Program-made: the position numbers and the translations under genes
Shown here: piece after piece, positions 49,774-58,584 of the stretch
How positions within the stretch are numbered: position 1 is the first letter of the stretch
Layout of the letters: the number at the start of each line of letters is the position of its first letter
From: an uncultured Acidimicrobiia bacterium
GTDB taxonomy: Bacteria > Actinomycetota > Acidimicrobiia > Spongiisociales > JAENVV01
DNA: 64,000 bases
NCBI GenBank assembly: GCA_963847455.1
Contig: CAWKAG010000042.1
Span: 27,161-91,160, forward strand
Direction of reading: 5' to 3'
The notes under the pieces: generated by a model
Seen by the model: the letters and a program-made list of their open reading frames with translations, nothing else
Told to the model about the DNA's origin: nothing
Databases searched by the model: none

Positions 49774-50720
49774 GCAGCTCCGTCTGTCGACTGACCAATA
49801 CTTTCCCGGAGGGCACGATAGACCAATCCCGGGTCGCCCAAGTTGCGGCGTAGCTCCCGTTCCAAAGCACCGATCGGTACGAGGTTCTGAGGGGCCCGTG
49901 GGTCGATATGCAACGGTGGAGCGGTCTGGGGCAACAAGAGGGTGGCGACATCGGCGTAGAAGGTCGCCTGTTCAATCCCGAGCGACGCAGCTACTTCACA
50001 TCGGACGACTCCCGACCAGGTGTGGCCTCCCGGAATGTCGGCCAGTTTCAAATACCACGAGTACTTCTGAAACATGACGCCGTCCATAAGGAAGATTGGC
50101 GTTCTGTTTCCAGCGGACAGGCGCCGAACGGTTTCGGTTTCTTCCAGCGGAAGATAGTTCACGCGATGCGTCTTGATGAACCCGATGACCGACTGGGGCT
50201 TGGTTTCGTAGACCGGTCCGTCGGCAATGACAAGGTGGCCTTCGGCCGCCAGCTGCGAGGACAGTTCTGCTTCTGCCTTGCGCATCCGTCCATGGAAGTA
50301 ACGAATCAGCTCGGCTGGATCCTCGCCGGCTACCGAAACGGGTTCGTATCGCAGGTTGCCGGCCGCGGGTACCTCGACGACACGGCCTGACCCGACTACC
50401 GCAAGTCGCTCGATCCTCACGTTGCCGAAAGTGGCACGCGGTATCGTGCGATCCCAATGGGTCGCTCCTACGCCGAGCGATCCGCACAGGCCGGGGATGG
50501 GGCCTTCCGGCTCGTCGAGCGTAAGACGGGCATCGACTCTTCGCACTCCGTCGACAAAACACATCGCTTCTACTGACTCAGCTGCCGACGCGTCTGGCTG
50601 GTGCGGTGCCCAGGAGCTGGTCTCGACGTTGACATCGATAACCGACTCGCTTGGAGCGAGCGCCGGATCGTGTTCGATCGGTGCTCCATATTCGGGTGCC
50701 CAGTTCTCTACATACAGCAT
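49770..50720 (-). CDS. nurA: NurA-family nuclease
   Basis: FVDGVRR, IADGP, IGFIKTH, PQNLVPIGALE. Its stop overlaps the herA start. Confidence 0.82.
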   Translation of the reverse strand: MLYVENWAPEYGAPIEHDPALAPSESVIDVNVETSSWAPHQPDASAAESVEAMCFVDGVRRVDARLTLDEPEGPIPGLCGSLGVGATHWDRTIPRATFGNVRIERLAVVGSGRVVEVPAAGNLRYEPVSVAGEDPAELIRYFHGRMRKAEAELSSQLAAEGHLVIADGPVYETKPQSVIGFIKTHRVNYLPLEETETVRRLSAGNRTPIFLMDGVMFQKYSWYLKLADIPGGHTWSGVVRCEVAASLGIEQATFYADVATLLLPQTAPPLHIDPRAPQNLVPIGALERELRRNLGDPGLVYRALRESIGQSTDGAA

Positions 50721-50811
50721 GGCGCCGATCGTAACGGTCCGGTGTGACAGATTCGGGTTTCCTGGTGACGCTGAGTCCAGTGCGGCTCTCCGGGACTATC
50801 GGCCGCGATGC

Positions 50812-52053
50812 CTAACGCTGCGGCACGAGGCGGTACACACCCTGGGAAGTTGACAGGTAAAGCTCCCCGTCGGCGCCCTCCCCAAACGACGACACCTGGC
50901 TAAACGGCCCGCCAAGCTGGTCGGTGTAGTCGGTGACCTGACCCGGGTCGGACAGCTCAAACCCGCGCACATAGCCTCCGCAATAGTCGGAGAAGAAATA
51001 GGTCCCAACCAACTCGGGGATGGCGGCACCCCGGTAGACGATCCCGCCGGTGATGGAACACGAGCCGGCATCGGCATGCGATACCTCGACCACCGGCAAG
51101 GTTAGACCCGAGCTATCACAACCTGTCGCCGGACTGAAGCAATGCAATCCTTCGGTGATAGGCCAACCCAGGTTTGCTCCGGCGTCCTCCATCGACACGA
51201 TATCGACTTCTTCATACTGATTCTGACCGACATCTCCAATGATCATCGAACCGCTGGCTTCGTCGATCCAGAACCGCCAGGGATTGCGGAGCCCCCACAG
51301 CCAGATTTCGGGAGTGGCGTCGGAGCGGTCCACAAACGGATTATCAGGAGGTATCGAGTAGCCCGCCTGGTCCGTGACCTCCAATCGCACGATCGAACCC
51401 AGCATCGAAGTGAGATCCTGGCCGTTTCCGTACCGGTCCCCACTGCCGCCGCCGTCTCCTAGACCCACATAGAGGTAGCCCGCTGAGTCGAACTGAACCA
51501 TGCCCCCATTGTGGTTTCCGGCCGGTTGCTCGACCGCCAGAATACTCTGCTCGGTCTCTCGATCCGCGACGTTATCAACGACGGAGAAGCTCGAGACCTG
51601 GGTGTTACCTACCCGGTCCGAATAGTGGACGATGAGCAAGCTCCCCTCGGGATAGCCCGGATGGAACGCCGCTCCGAGCAGTCCGCGTTCGCCGCTATCG
51701 AGCACCTTGTCGCTGAGATCGAGCACCGTATCTCCACTATCCATCGACACAATCAATCCGGACTTGTCAGCCACGTAGGTTTGGGATCCAGACGAGAAAA
51801 CCAGAATCGGGAAACCAAGGTCGAGGTCGACGCGTTCGAGCGATAAGCCGGTCAGCGGCGCCAGCGGTGCCGTCGTGGTCGCCCGGGAGGAAGGGGAAGT
51901 CGTGTCCGTTGACCTCTCGATAGGCGCGACCGGCGCGGCCGCCGGGAGCGAGGTGCTCGGAACCGGGGCGAGTTCACTCGTCGAACAGGCACCAAGCAGT
52001 AGCGTCGAAACTACGACCATGGACCAACGCGAGCGCGTGAGTGCGCGCGCCAC
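50812..52053 (-). CDS. PQQ-dependent soluble glucose/sorbosone dehydrogenase-family lipoprotein
   Basis: LGAC lipobox, ERGLLG, NHNGG, GLRNPWR, SITGG. Confidence 0.9.
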   Translation of the reverse strand: MARALTRSRWSMVVVSTLLLGACSTSELAPVPSTSLPAAAPVAPIERSTDTTSPSSRATTTAPLAPLTGLSLERVDLDLGFPILVFSSGSQTYVADKSGLIVSMDSGDTVLDLSDKVLDSGERGLLGAAFHPGYPEGSLLIVHYSDRVGNTQVSSFSVVDNVADRETEQSILAVEQPAGNHNGGMVQFDSAGYLYVGLGDGGGSGDRYGNGQDLTSMLGSIVRLEVTDQAGYSIPPDNPFVDRSDATPEIWLWGLRNPWRFWIDEASGSMIIGDVGQNQYEEVDIVSMEDAGANLGWPITEGLHCFSPATGCDSSGLTLPVVEVSHADAGSCSITGGIVYRGAAIPELVGTYFFSDYCGGYVRGFELSDPGQVTDYTDQLGGPFSQVSSFGEGADGELYLSTSQGVYRLVPQR

Positions 52054-52055
52054 GG

Positions 52056-54365
52056 CTACCAACCGCTGGAACCGCCGCCGCCACCACCGCCGCCAAATCC
52101 ACCCCCACCACCAAAACCACCGAAACCGCCCGATGACCCGCCCCAGGAGGATCCCCACGAGGACGAGCCAGACGAGCTTCCGCCCCCTCCGAATCCACCG
52201 CCACCGCCGAATCCGCCGAACCACGAGTTGGTGTCCTGCGACCAGGAACGGTCCTGATAGATCGGTTCCCATCCGCGGCCATGGCCGGTGCCACCCGTGA
52301 TGATCCACCGGTAGTACAACAGCGTGAATGGATCGAAGCTCCGCAACGATCCAGGGATGATCTCGCCGGTCCAGCTGTCCCGACCTCGACGGGTGCCACT
52401 GTGAGCAAGTTCGGGGGCGTATCGATCGGCATCCTCGATCCCACCTCTTGCCAGGGCTTGCCGCTGCGCCGCATAGGCGACGGCGAAAGCACGTGGACCC
52501 CGGGGGTCCGAGGCGCCAAAGGCGGCGGCTACGTCGGCGTAGGCGCCGGCCAGGCCGAGCTTGGCAAGCGCCTCGCGGGCTTCCGTCCATTTCCGCAACG
52601 CCACACTGGACTCAAGCGAGATTGCGAGGAGCGCGGCGACGGTCTTGCGAGTATCCGTATCGAGCCCCTGGGCGGCGAGGCCGTCAGAGAGTTCGTGGAA
52701 TGCCTCAATGGCCCGATCTCCCCGGTCCAGCAAAGCGGCCGCAATGGCTACTGGAAGGTTGAGCGAGTCGGCTTGAGCTCGAACCTCGGCAATCTCGGAC
52801 TCCGTGCGGAGTCCAGCCATTGCGAACTCGACGCTCATCTCGGCATCATTCCCGAGGCGTTTGGCTTCGCCGTAGGCAGCCAGGAATTCGTCGACCGAGT
52901 CGTTGTTCATCAAGATGAAGGCAGCCACCGCCGGAACCGATAGACCATCCTGCTTCAGCTGTGATTTCTCCAACTTCTCGAGAACGACTTCGTAGCGAGC
53001 AAGCGCCGCCTCGGCGTCGTCTTCGAGGTCGACCAGAGCTGCGGACACGGCCGGGCGCGCCTCGTTCTCATCGAGGCGATCGCGGATCAGTTTCAGTCGG
53101 GTGGCCTTGTCGGCAGCGGTCACATAGGCGGAGTCCACCTCGTTGACGGAGTCAAGAATCGGCGCTCCAGGGATCAACACCGGGCCGGCCTGCACCAGTC
53201 GCTCGCCCAGGTCGTTGACGATCACCGGACCGATCGGAGTGGTGACGGCACGATGAATCAACCGGCGAGCCGTCCTGGTTCGTTCGTGGGCGACCCGATA
53301 GGGACGCAGTGAGGAAACCAACCGCTTGAGTTCTTCGGACTTCAAGCTGAACTGGTCGTCGTGGGTGGTGGCGATCGCTTCGGTGACGGACGCCTGGAGG
53401 GCATCTTCTAGAAGTTGCTGCTCGCCGGTGATAGCCAGTTCCAGCGGCATCTCCCGCTCAGCAGCCACCCGGTCTTCATGGAGAACTTCCAGCAAGCCGG
53501 CCGACCAGGCGGCAGCCAATGCGTCGCCGTCGCCTGCCTGACCTTCCATGACCGCCTCCAGTGCCGAAACCACCGGCAGCGTCTCAGCGCTGGGAGCTTC
53601 CACCGGGCGCAGCTCAAACAGCTCGTCGCGCAGTGCCAGCTCATGTCCATAGGGGGTCAGACCTTCGAGAATCGTGTCGACTTCAGCTTCCTGGCGCCGT
53701 TTCCGAGATGATGAGACGAGGAGGTTCTTCTTCCGAAACTCGCTCGACACGAAAAAGCCACCCGCGATCAAGATGAGGCCCAAAACTGGACTCAACGAAC
53801 CAAGACCCGAACCTGGATTGGGAAGGCTCGGTGAGGGATCAAATCCGGGAATCTCGGTCGGCGTATCCGTGCCCTGGCCGGTGTCGCTGAACGTCGCAAC
53901 CAGTCCGGCCACGATCGCCGAAATTCCCCCGTCAAAGTCGCCTGCTGCGAATGAGCTGTTGCCAAGGCCGGCAATGAAATCCGGATCGGACAGGCTGATT
54001 CCGGGGCCCGTCTCCACCGCGGTGATGCGCTGATCGAGGGCCACTAGCACCACGATGCCGTCATCGACGCCGGAACTTCCCACTCCCCATGTGTTGCCGA
54101 TCTCCTGGGCCAAGGCGTTGGGATCATCCGCCGACTGGACGATAACGATGGCAATCTCGTGACCGTAGTTGTTGATCACGCCATCAACGAGCCGTTCCAG
54201 ATTGGCATCGTCACGGATGATTCCGGCGGTGTCGGTTACCCACCCGTCACAGGTGATGCCGTCAACGGCCGGACATTCGACGGTTTGCGCGCCAGCCGCG
54301 CCACTGATTGGCAGCGAAGCGATAAGAAGAAACAGTACGGGGATGAGACGTCGAGCCCTGGTCAT
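52056..54365 (-). CDS. TPM-domain membrane protein with a long helical region and Gly-rich tail
   Basis: Signal peptide, VTDTAG...WGVG...DGIVVLV (TPM), one TM helix, C-terminal GGFGGGGG...SSGW. Confidence 0.8.
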   Translation of the reverse strand: MTRARRLIPVLFLLIASLPISGAAGAQTVECPAVDGITCDGWVTDTAGIIRDDANLERLVDGVINNYGHEIAIVIVQSADDPNALAQEIGNTWGVGSSGVDDGIVVLVALDQRITAVETGPGISLSDPDFIAGLGNSSFAAGDFDGGISAIVAGLVATFSDTGQGTDTPTEIPGFDPSPSLPNPGSGLGSLSPVLGLILIAGGFFVSSEFRKKNLLVSSSRKRRQEAEVDTILEGLTPYGHELALRDELFELRPVEAPSAETLPVVSALEAVMEGQAGDGDALAAAWSAGLLEVLHEDRVAAEREMPLELAITGEQQLLEDALQASVTEAIATTHDDQFSLKSEELKRLVSSLRPYRVAHERTRTARRLIHRAVTTPIGPVIVNDLGERLVQAGPVLIPGAPILDSVNEVDSAYVTAADKATRLKLIRDRLDENEARPAVSAALVDLEDDAEAALARYEVVLEKLEKSQLKQDGLSVPAVAAFILMNNDSVDEFLAAYGEAKRLGNDAEMSVEFAMAGLRTESEIAEVRAQADSLNLPVAIAAALLDRGDRAIEAFHELSDGLAAQGLDTDTRKTVAALLAISLESSVALRKWTEAREALAKLGLAGAYADVAAAFGASDPRGPRAFAVAYAAQRQALARGGIEDADRYAPELAHSGTRRGRDSWTGEIIPGSLRSFDPFTLLYYRWIITGGTGHGRGWEPIYQDRSWSQDTNSWFGGFGGGGGFGGGGSSSGSSSWGSSWGGSSGGFGGFGGGGGFGGGGGGGGSSGW

Positions 54366-54475
54366 GGCTCAGAGACTACCGGCGAAGCCCACCTATCTGG
54401 GCCGAGGAAAACTACCGATCATCCGTTGTTCGACGAAGTGGTCCTCTACGCTTGGCCGCCGAACGAGGAGCCGGG

Positions 54476-55822
54476 TTGAGCAATATCGTGAAGAACGACA
54501 AGAAGACCATCTTCGGATGGGCCATGTACGACTGGGCGAACTCCGCGTACGCGACCACGTCTGGAGCCATCGTGGCTCCGTTCTTCACTGGTTCAATCGT
54601 CCCAGAAGATGGCTACTGGGGTATGACGGGTGGCGCGATCTGGTCGTTCCTCGTGGCTGGCGGAGCCTTCGTTCTTTTCCTCATCATGCCGATCCTGGGG
54701 GCGATGGCAGACTTCTCGTCGGCCAAGCGTGCGTATCTCAGGGTGTTTGCGTTTCTCGGAGCCGGCTTCACGTTCGCCATTTTCTTTGTCCCGTCGGGCT
54801 CGGTGCCCCTGTTCCTGCTCGTCTTCATCGTCTCCCAGGTCGGCTTCGTCGCCGCCAACGTCTTCTACGACGGGTACCTGCCGATCATCGCCACCGATGA
54901 AACGATCGACCGGGTGTCATCGAAAGGGTTCGCTCTTGGCTACATCGGCGGCGGAATCTATGTGCTGTTTGCGTTCATCCTCATCGTTCTCGCCGATCAG
55001 GAAGTGATCGGTCTGAGCCTCGACATGGCAACCCGCATCTCCATCGCCGGCGCCGGCGTGTGGTGGGTTCTCTTCACGATCTACGCCCTGAAACGGTTTC
55101 CCAGCGACGGCGTATCCCAGCCGATACCGGCCAAGTATGCCGGGCAACCCGACCTCGTGGCCTATGCCAGAATCGGTCTGGCTCGGACCATCAAAACCGG
55201 GATCCGATTGCGCCAGTTCCCGCAACTTCTGCTCTTCATTGTGGCTTTCATGTTCTACAACGACGGCACCCAAACCGTGATCAACATTTCCGGGGCCTAT
55301 GCCGAAGACACTCTTAACCTGTCGCTTCAGGAAGTCATCATCGCTTTCCTGATCGTTCAGTTCATCGCCTTTGGCGGCGCCTACGCTTTTGGGTGGATTT
55401 CCGGGAAGATCAACCCGAAACGAGCGATCCTTTTCAATCTGGTCATCTGGGTCGGGCTGGCGGTTAGCGCCTACTTCCTGCCAGAAGGTGAAGCTGTCCC
55501 CTTCTTCATGCTCGCCGCGGTCGTAGGATTTGTTCTTGGCGGGGTCCAAGCGTTGTCTCGCAGTTTGTACGGCACGATGATTCCAGAAGAAGCCGCCGCT
55601 GAGTTCTACGGGTTCTTCTCGGTCTTCTCGAAGTTCTCGGCCATCTGGGGACCGTTGCTGTTCGGCATCGTTACCGCCCAAACCGGAAGTGGCCGCAACG
55701 GCATCATATCGGTGGCAGCATTCTTCATCATCGGCGGTTTCCTACTGACCCGCGTCGACGTAGACGAGGCCAGAGCCAGCAAGGAACGGTGGCACTTCGA
55801 AGGCGCCGACGTCGACGCCTAG
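54476..55822 (+). CDS. MFS transporter (UMF1/Atg22-like)
   Basis: WAMYDWANS, VFYDGYL, QALSRS. TTG start after GAGGAG. Confidence 0.9.
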   Translation: MSNIVKNDKKTIFGWAMYDWANSAYATTSGAIVAPFFTGSIVPEDGYWGMTGGAIWSFLVAGGAFVLFLIMPILGAMADFSSAKRAYLRVFAFLGAGFTFAIFFVPSGSVPLFLLVFIVSQVGFVAANVFYDGYLPIIATDETIDRVSSKGFALGYIGGGIYVLFAFILIVLADQEVIGLSLDMATRISIAGAGVWWVLFTIYALKRFPSDGVSQPIPAKYAGQPDLVAYARIGLARTIKTGIRLRQFPQLLLFIVAFMFYNDGTQTVINISGAYAEDTLNLSLQEVIIAFLIVQFIAFGGAYAFGWISGKINPKRAILFNLVIWVGLAVSAYFLPEGEAVPFFMLAAVVGFVLGGVQALSRSLYGTMIPEEAAAEFYGFFSVFSKFSAIWGPLLFGIVTAQTGSGRNGIISVAAFFIIGGFLLTRVDVDEARASKERWHFEGADVDA

Positions 55823-56030
55823 AGGCAAGCGATCTGCCCGAGGTCACACCTCCGCACGGTGCGCCGGAGCGCGACTGTGTAGGCTCGAAATCGAGCTCCA
55901 CAACCCGGCCCGGTGACGCTTCTTCAGACAATGTGGGCTGAGGAAGATGTCGCAACGAACACCGTCGTTCTTGTCGTGCCCCGAGAGGACAGAAGTTTCG
56001 AAGGTACGTCAGGCTGAGTTAGGAGAGCCC

Positions 56031-56429
56031 ATGTTCGCAAACACCCCGCTACACCCCGTCCTTCCCGCGTCTGACCTGGATCGCGCCAGGCAGTGGTACT
56101 CGGACAAACTGGGTCTCGAACCTGTCAGCGAAGACGTCTTCGGCGATCTCCACTACGAAGTCGGCGGCGGGGCGTTCCTCGTCTACCGCTCTGAACTCGC
56201 AGGCACGAACCAGGCGACCGCAGCAGGATTCCAGCTGGAGGACTTCGATTCGGTGGTCGCCCAACTCCGTGCCCGCGGCGTGATCTTCCAGGATGTCGAC
56301 TTCGGTGAGGCGGGTTCGTCGGTCGATGGCGTAATCGCCACCCCAGATGGCAAAGCCGCCTGGTTCAAGGACAGCGAGGGCAACACCTTCGCACTCTCAA
56401 CGAAACGAGCGAATTCGAACGAGTCGTAG
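56031..56429 (+). CDS. VOC/glyoxalase family protein
   Basis: DLDRARQWY...LGL, AWFKDSEGN. AGGAG RBS. Confidence 0.88.
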   Translation: MFANTPLHPVLPASDLDRARQWYSDKLGLEPVSEDVFGDLHYEVGGGAFLVYRSELAGTNQATAAGFQLEDFDSVVAQLRARGVIFQDVDFGEAGSSVDGVIATPDGKAAWFKDSEGNTFALSTKRANSNES

Positions 56430-56449
56430 ACCGTTGACGTTCGGAGCCG

Positions 56450-56932
56450 TCAGTGCGGAGCCGGTAACGCCTTGCGATGCGTGACCGTTGCCTCGCCATG
56501 GATCGGCAGGAAGCCCAACCCCTCATAGAAAGTCGCGCTACGTTGATCGACCGTTCGCAGTTGAATTGTCGCCATTTCACTGGCAGAAGCTGCAGATTCA
56601 ATCGCCGCTACCAGGTGGGTTCCAACCCCTCGTCTTCGGGCATTGCTCAGCACGTAGAGACGCCGAATGCGACCGACATCTGGGCGATTCTCGTACGGGT
56701 CGATATTGAGCCCGCCGATGCCCGCCATTCGGTCACCAATCCAGGCAGCCAACAGAATCTCTCCCGGTTTGGCGAAACGATTGGCTCCAGATCGCCACTC
56801 GTCGATCAGGCGGGTGAGTGCGCCGAACCCGGTTTGAAGAGCATCGTGGTGAAGCGCCTCGAAGTCCGGAGTATCGGGTGACATCACGTTATCGACCCTG
56901 AGGCAGACCACGGTCTCGTCACCGGCTGGCAT
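56450..56932 (-). CDS. GNAT family N-acetyltransferase
   Basis: RRLYV...RRRGVG, FYEGLGF. Confidence 0.88.
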   Translation of the reverse strand: MPAGDETVVCLRVDNVMSPDTPDFEALHHDALQTGFGALTRLIDEWRSGANRFAKPGEILLAAWIGDRMAGIGGLNIDPYENRPDVGRIRRLYVLSNARRRGVGTHLVAAIESAASASEMATIQLRTVDQRSATFYEGLGFLPIHGEATVTHRKALPAPH

Positions 56933-58056
56933 CAGCCGGCGGGATCAAGAATCGGGAAGTCAGACGGGACCGAGCAACCGCCTGGAGCGATCAAGTCGGC
57001 GATCGTGTAGCTGGCGCCGTAAGCGATCGAATCACCGGCCATGCCAACGCAGTAGTGACGTCCGTCGGCCATGACCGCCAATAGCAGAGCAGAATCCTGT
57101 TCGATCTGCACACCAATTATCCCTGGCGCTAGGTCGTCGACGGATGGTTGCCAGCCGTCGATTAGTCCGAGGCGAACCATCCCGTCGAGTTCTTCGGTTC
57201 CGAAGGCGCCGTCGGTCGCGCGGGAACGTGCAACTGCAGCCTGGACGCTACGGAGATCTTCCTGAAGCCGGGTGGGATCAGTCGGGTCCTGGCCTTCTAA
57301 GAAAGCGAAGTACTCGGCTTGAGATATGGTGTTCGTCGGGCGCACAATCGGATCCGACGCCCCCGACCACCGATACGTGAAGGAGAGTTCGGCAGAGTCC
57401 GCGTCGCTTCCTACTACGCCGGTTCCGCCCAGGATCAGTCCGTCGCCGTTGACCCACCACGAAAACCCCCGGGGCTCAGGAGCTGCATACTCAAAGGCCG
57501 CCTGACCGTCGAACTCTCCCGGGCCGACGAGGAGGAAGTCGCCGATGCGAAAATCGAAGGGCTCCATGTTCTGTGCGGCGATCGCGCCTGGTTCAAAGAA
57601 ACCGTCGGCCAGTGCCGCAAACGTGGTGCTGGCCTCTACCAGGGCACCGTCGGGGGTCGGACCAAACCTCGCCCATACCTCGCCGCCGACCAAGACAACC
57701 TCGATATCGTCCCCATCGGCGATCCCAAGAATGTGCCCGGCCAGAGGGTCGCGCTGGTAGGTATATACCGCCTCTTGATCGATCCCGGCGCCGACCATCC
57801 GGTAGGTCACCTCATATTGTTCGACCTCCAGGCGGCCAAAAATGTCAAACGCAGCAAGGTCGAGAGTTTCGGGGAGATCCACCGGCGACACCGCAACCAC
57901 CGTTGAGCTTGGAGAGCCATTCGACGGACCCGACAGTGCGATCGGGATTTCTAGTGGCGGAAGCGTCACAGCCGTGCTTTCCACGGCGACCTCAGCCCCG
58001 CAGGCCGACGCAAGAAACGTCAGCACCAGACCTACCACCATCCCCCATCGCAACAT
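56932..58056 (-). CDS. uncharacterised lipoprotein
   Basis: ASAC lipobox-like signal; start 6 nt after TACACT. Confidence 0.7.
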   Translation of the reverse strand: MLRWGMVVGLVLTFLASACGAEVAVESTAVTLPPLEIPIALSGPSNGSPSSTVVAVSPVDLPETLDLAAFDIFGRLEVEQYEVTYRMVGAGIDQEAVYTYQRDPLAGHILGIADGDDIEVVLVGGEVWARFGPTPDGALVEASTTFAALADGFFEPGAIAAQNMEPFDFRIGDFLLVGPGEFDGQAAFEYAAPEPRGFSWWVNGDGLILGGTGVVGSDADSAELSFTYRWSGASDPIVRPTNTISQAEYFAFLEGQDPTDPTRLQEDLRSVQAAVARSRATDGAFGTEELDGMVRLGLIDGWQPSVDDLAPGIIGVQIEQDSALLLAVMADGRHYCVGMAGDSIAYGASYTIADLIAPGGCSVPSDFPILDPAG

Positions 58057-58113
58057 CCCGGCAGTGTAAATGATCAAGTGCTACATCGGGCCGTGGTGGC
58101 TACGATGCAGGGC

Positions 58114-58584
58114 ATGAACGACGAAGAACCGACACCCACCGATGACGAACTCGGACTCGACCCATCTGACGGCATCGACCTCACGGACACCGAGGTTATG
58201 CCACTCGAATCCGAAGAGCCGACCGAGGTAGAAACTCCAGTTGAAGAAACTGCCGTAGCGCCCGTCACTCCAACGACGGTCTACAAGGGCTCCGGCTTCC
58301 GTTGGTCGATGCTATTCGGCGCCCTACTCCTGGCGGTCGTGATCATCCTGGTCTTCCAGAATACCCAGACCACGAGGTTCGATTTCTTGCAGTGGAGCAT
58401 CGAAGCTCCATTGGCTGCACTGCTGTTGGGCACCACCCTCATCGCAGTCATCATCGATGAAATCGTGGGGTACGTGATCCGGATTCGGCGGCGACGTGTC
58501 AAGCGCCAACTGGCCGAACTCAAAGAACTCAAGGCACAGCTCGAACCACCGAAGGAACGCCGCTTCGGCAAGAAATCGACATGA
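58114..58584 (+). CDS. LapA/DUF1049 family membrane protein
   Basis: TM-FQNT...FL.W...PL-TM pattern; acidic N-terminus, basic C-terminus. Confidence 0.8.
   Translation: MNDEEPTPTDDELGLDPSDGIDLTDTEVMPLESEEPTEVETPVEETAVAPVTPTTVYKGSGFRWSMLFGALLLAVVIILVFQNTQTTRFDFLQWSIEAPLAALLLGTTLIAVIIDEIVGYVIRIRRRRVKRQLAELKELKAQLEPPKERRFGKKST

Noticed and set aside
52060-52220. CCA/CCG-rich tandem repeats as a repeat array or CRISPR
   Set aside because: These are glycine codons of the TPM protein tail, with no repeat-spacer structure.
52054-52590. 592-aa version of the PQQ dehydrogenase with an Arg/Trp-rich N-terminus
   Set aside because: The extension is an alternative-frame reading of the Gly-rich tail of the TPM gene; the lipoprotein signal starts at ~52053.
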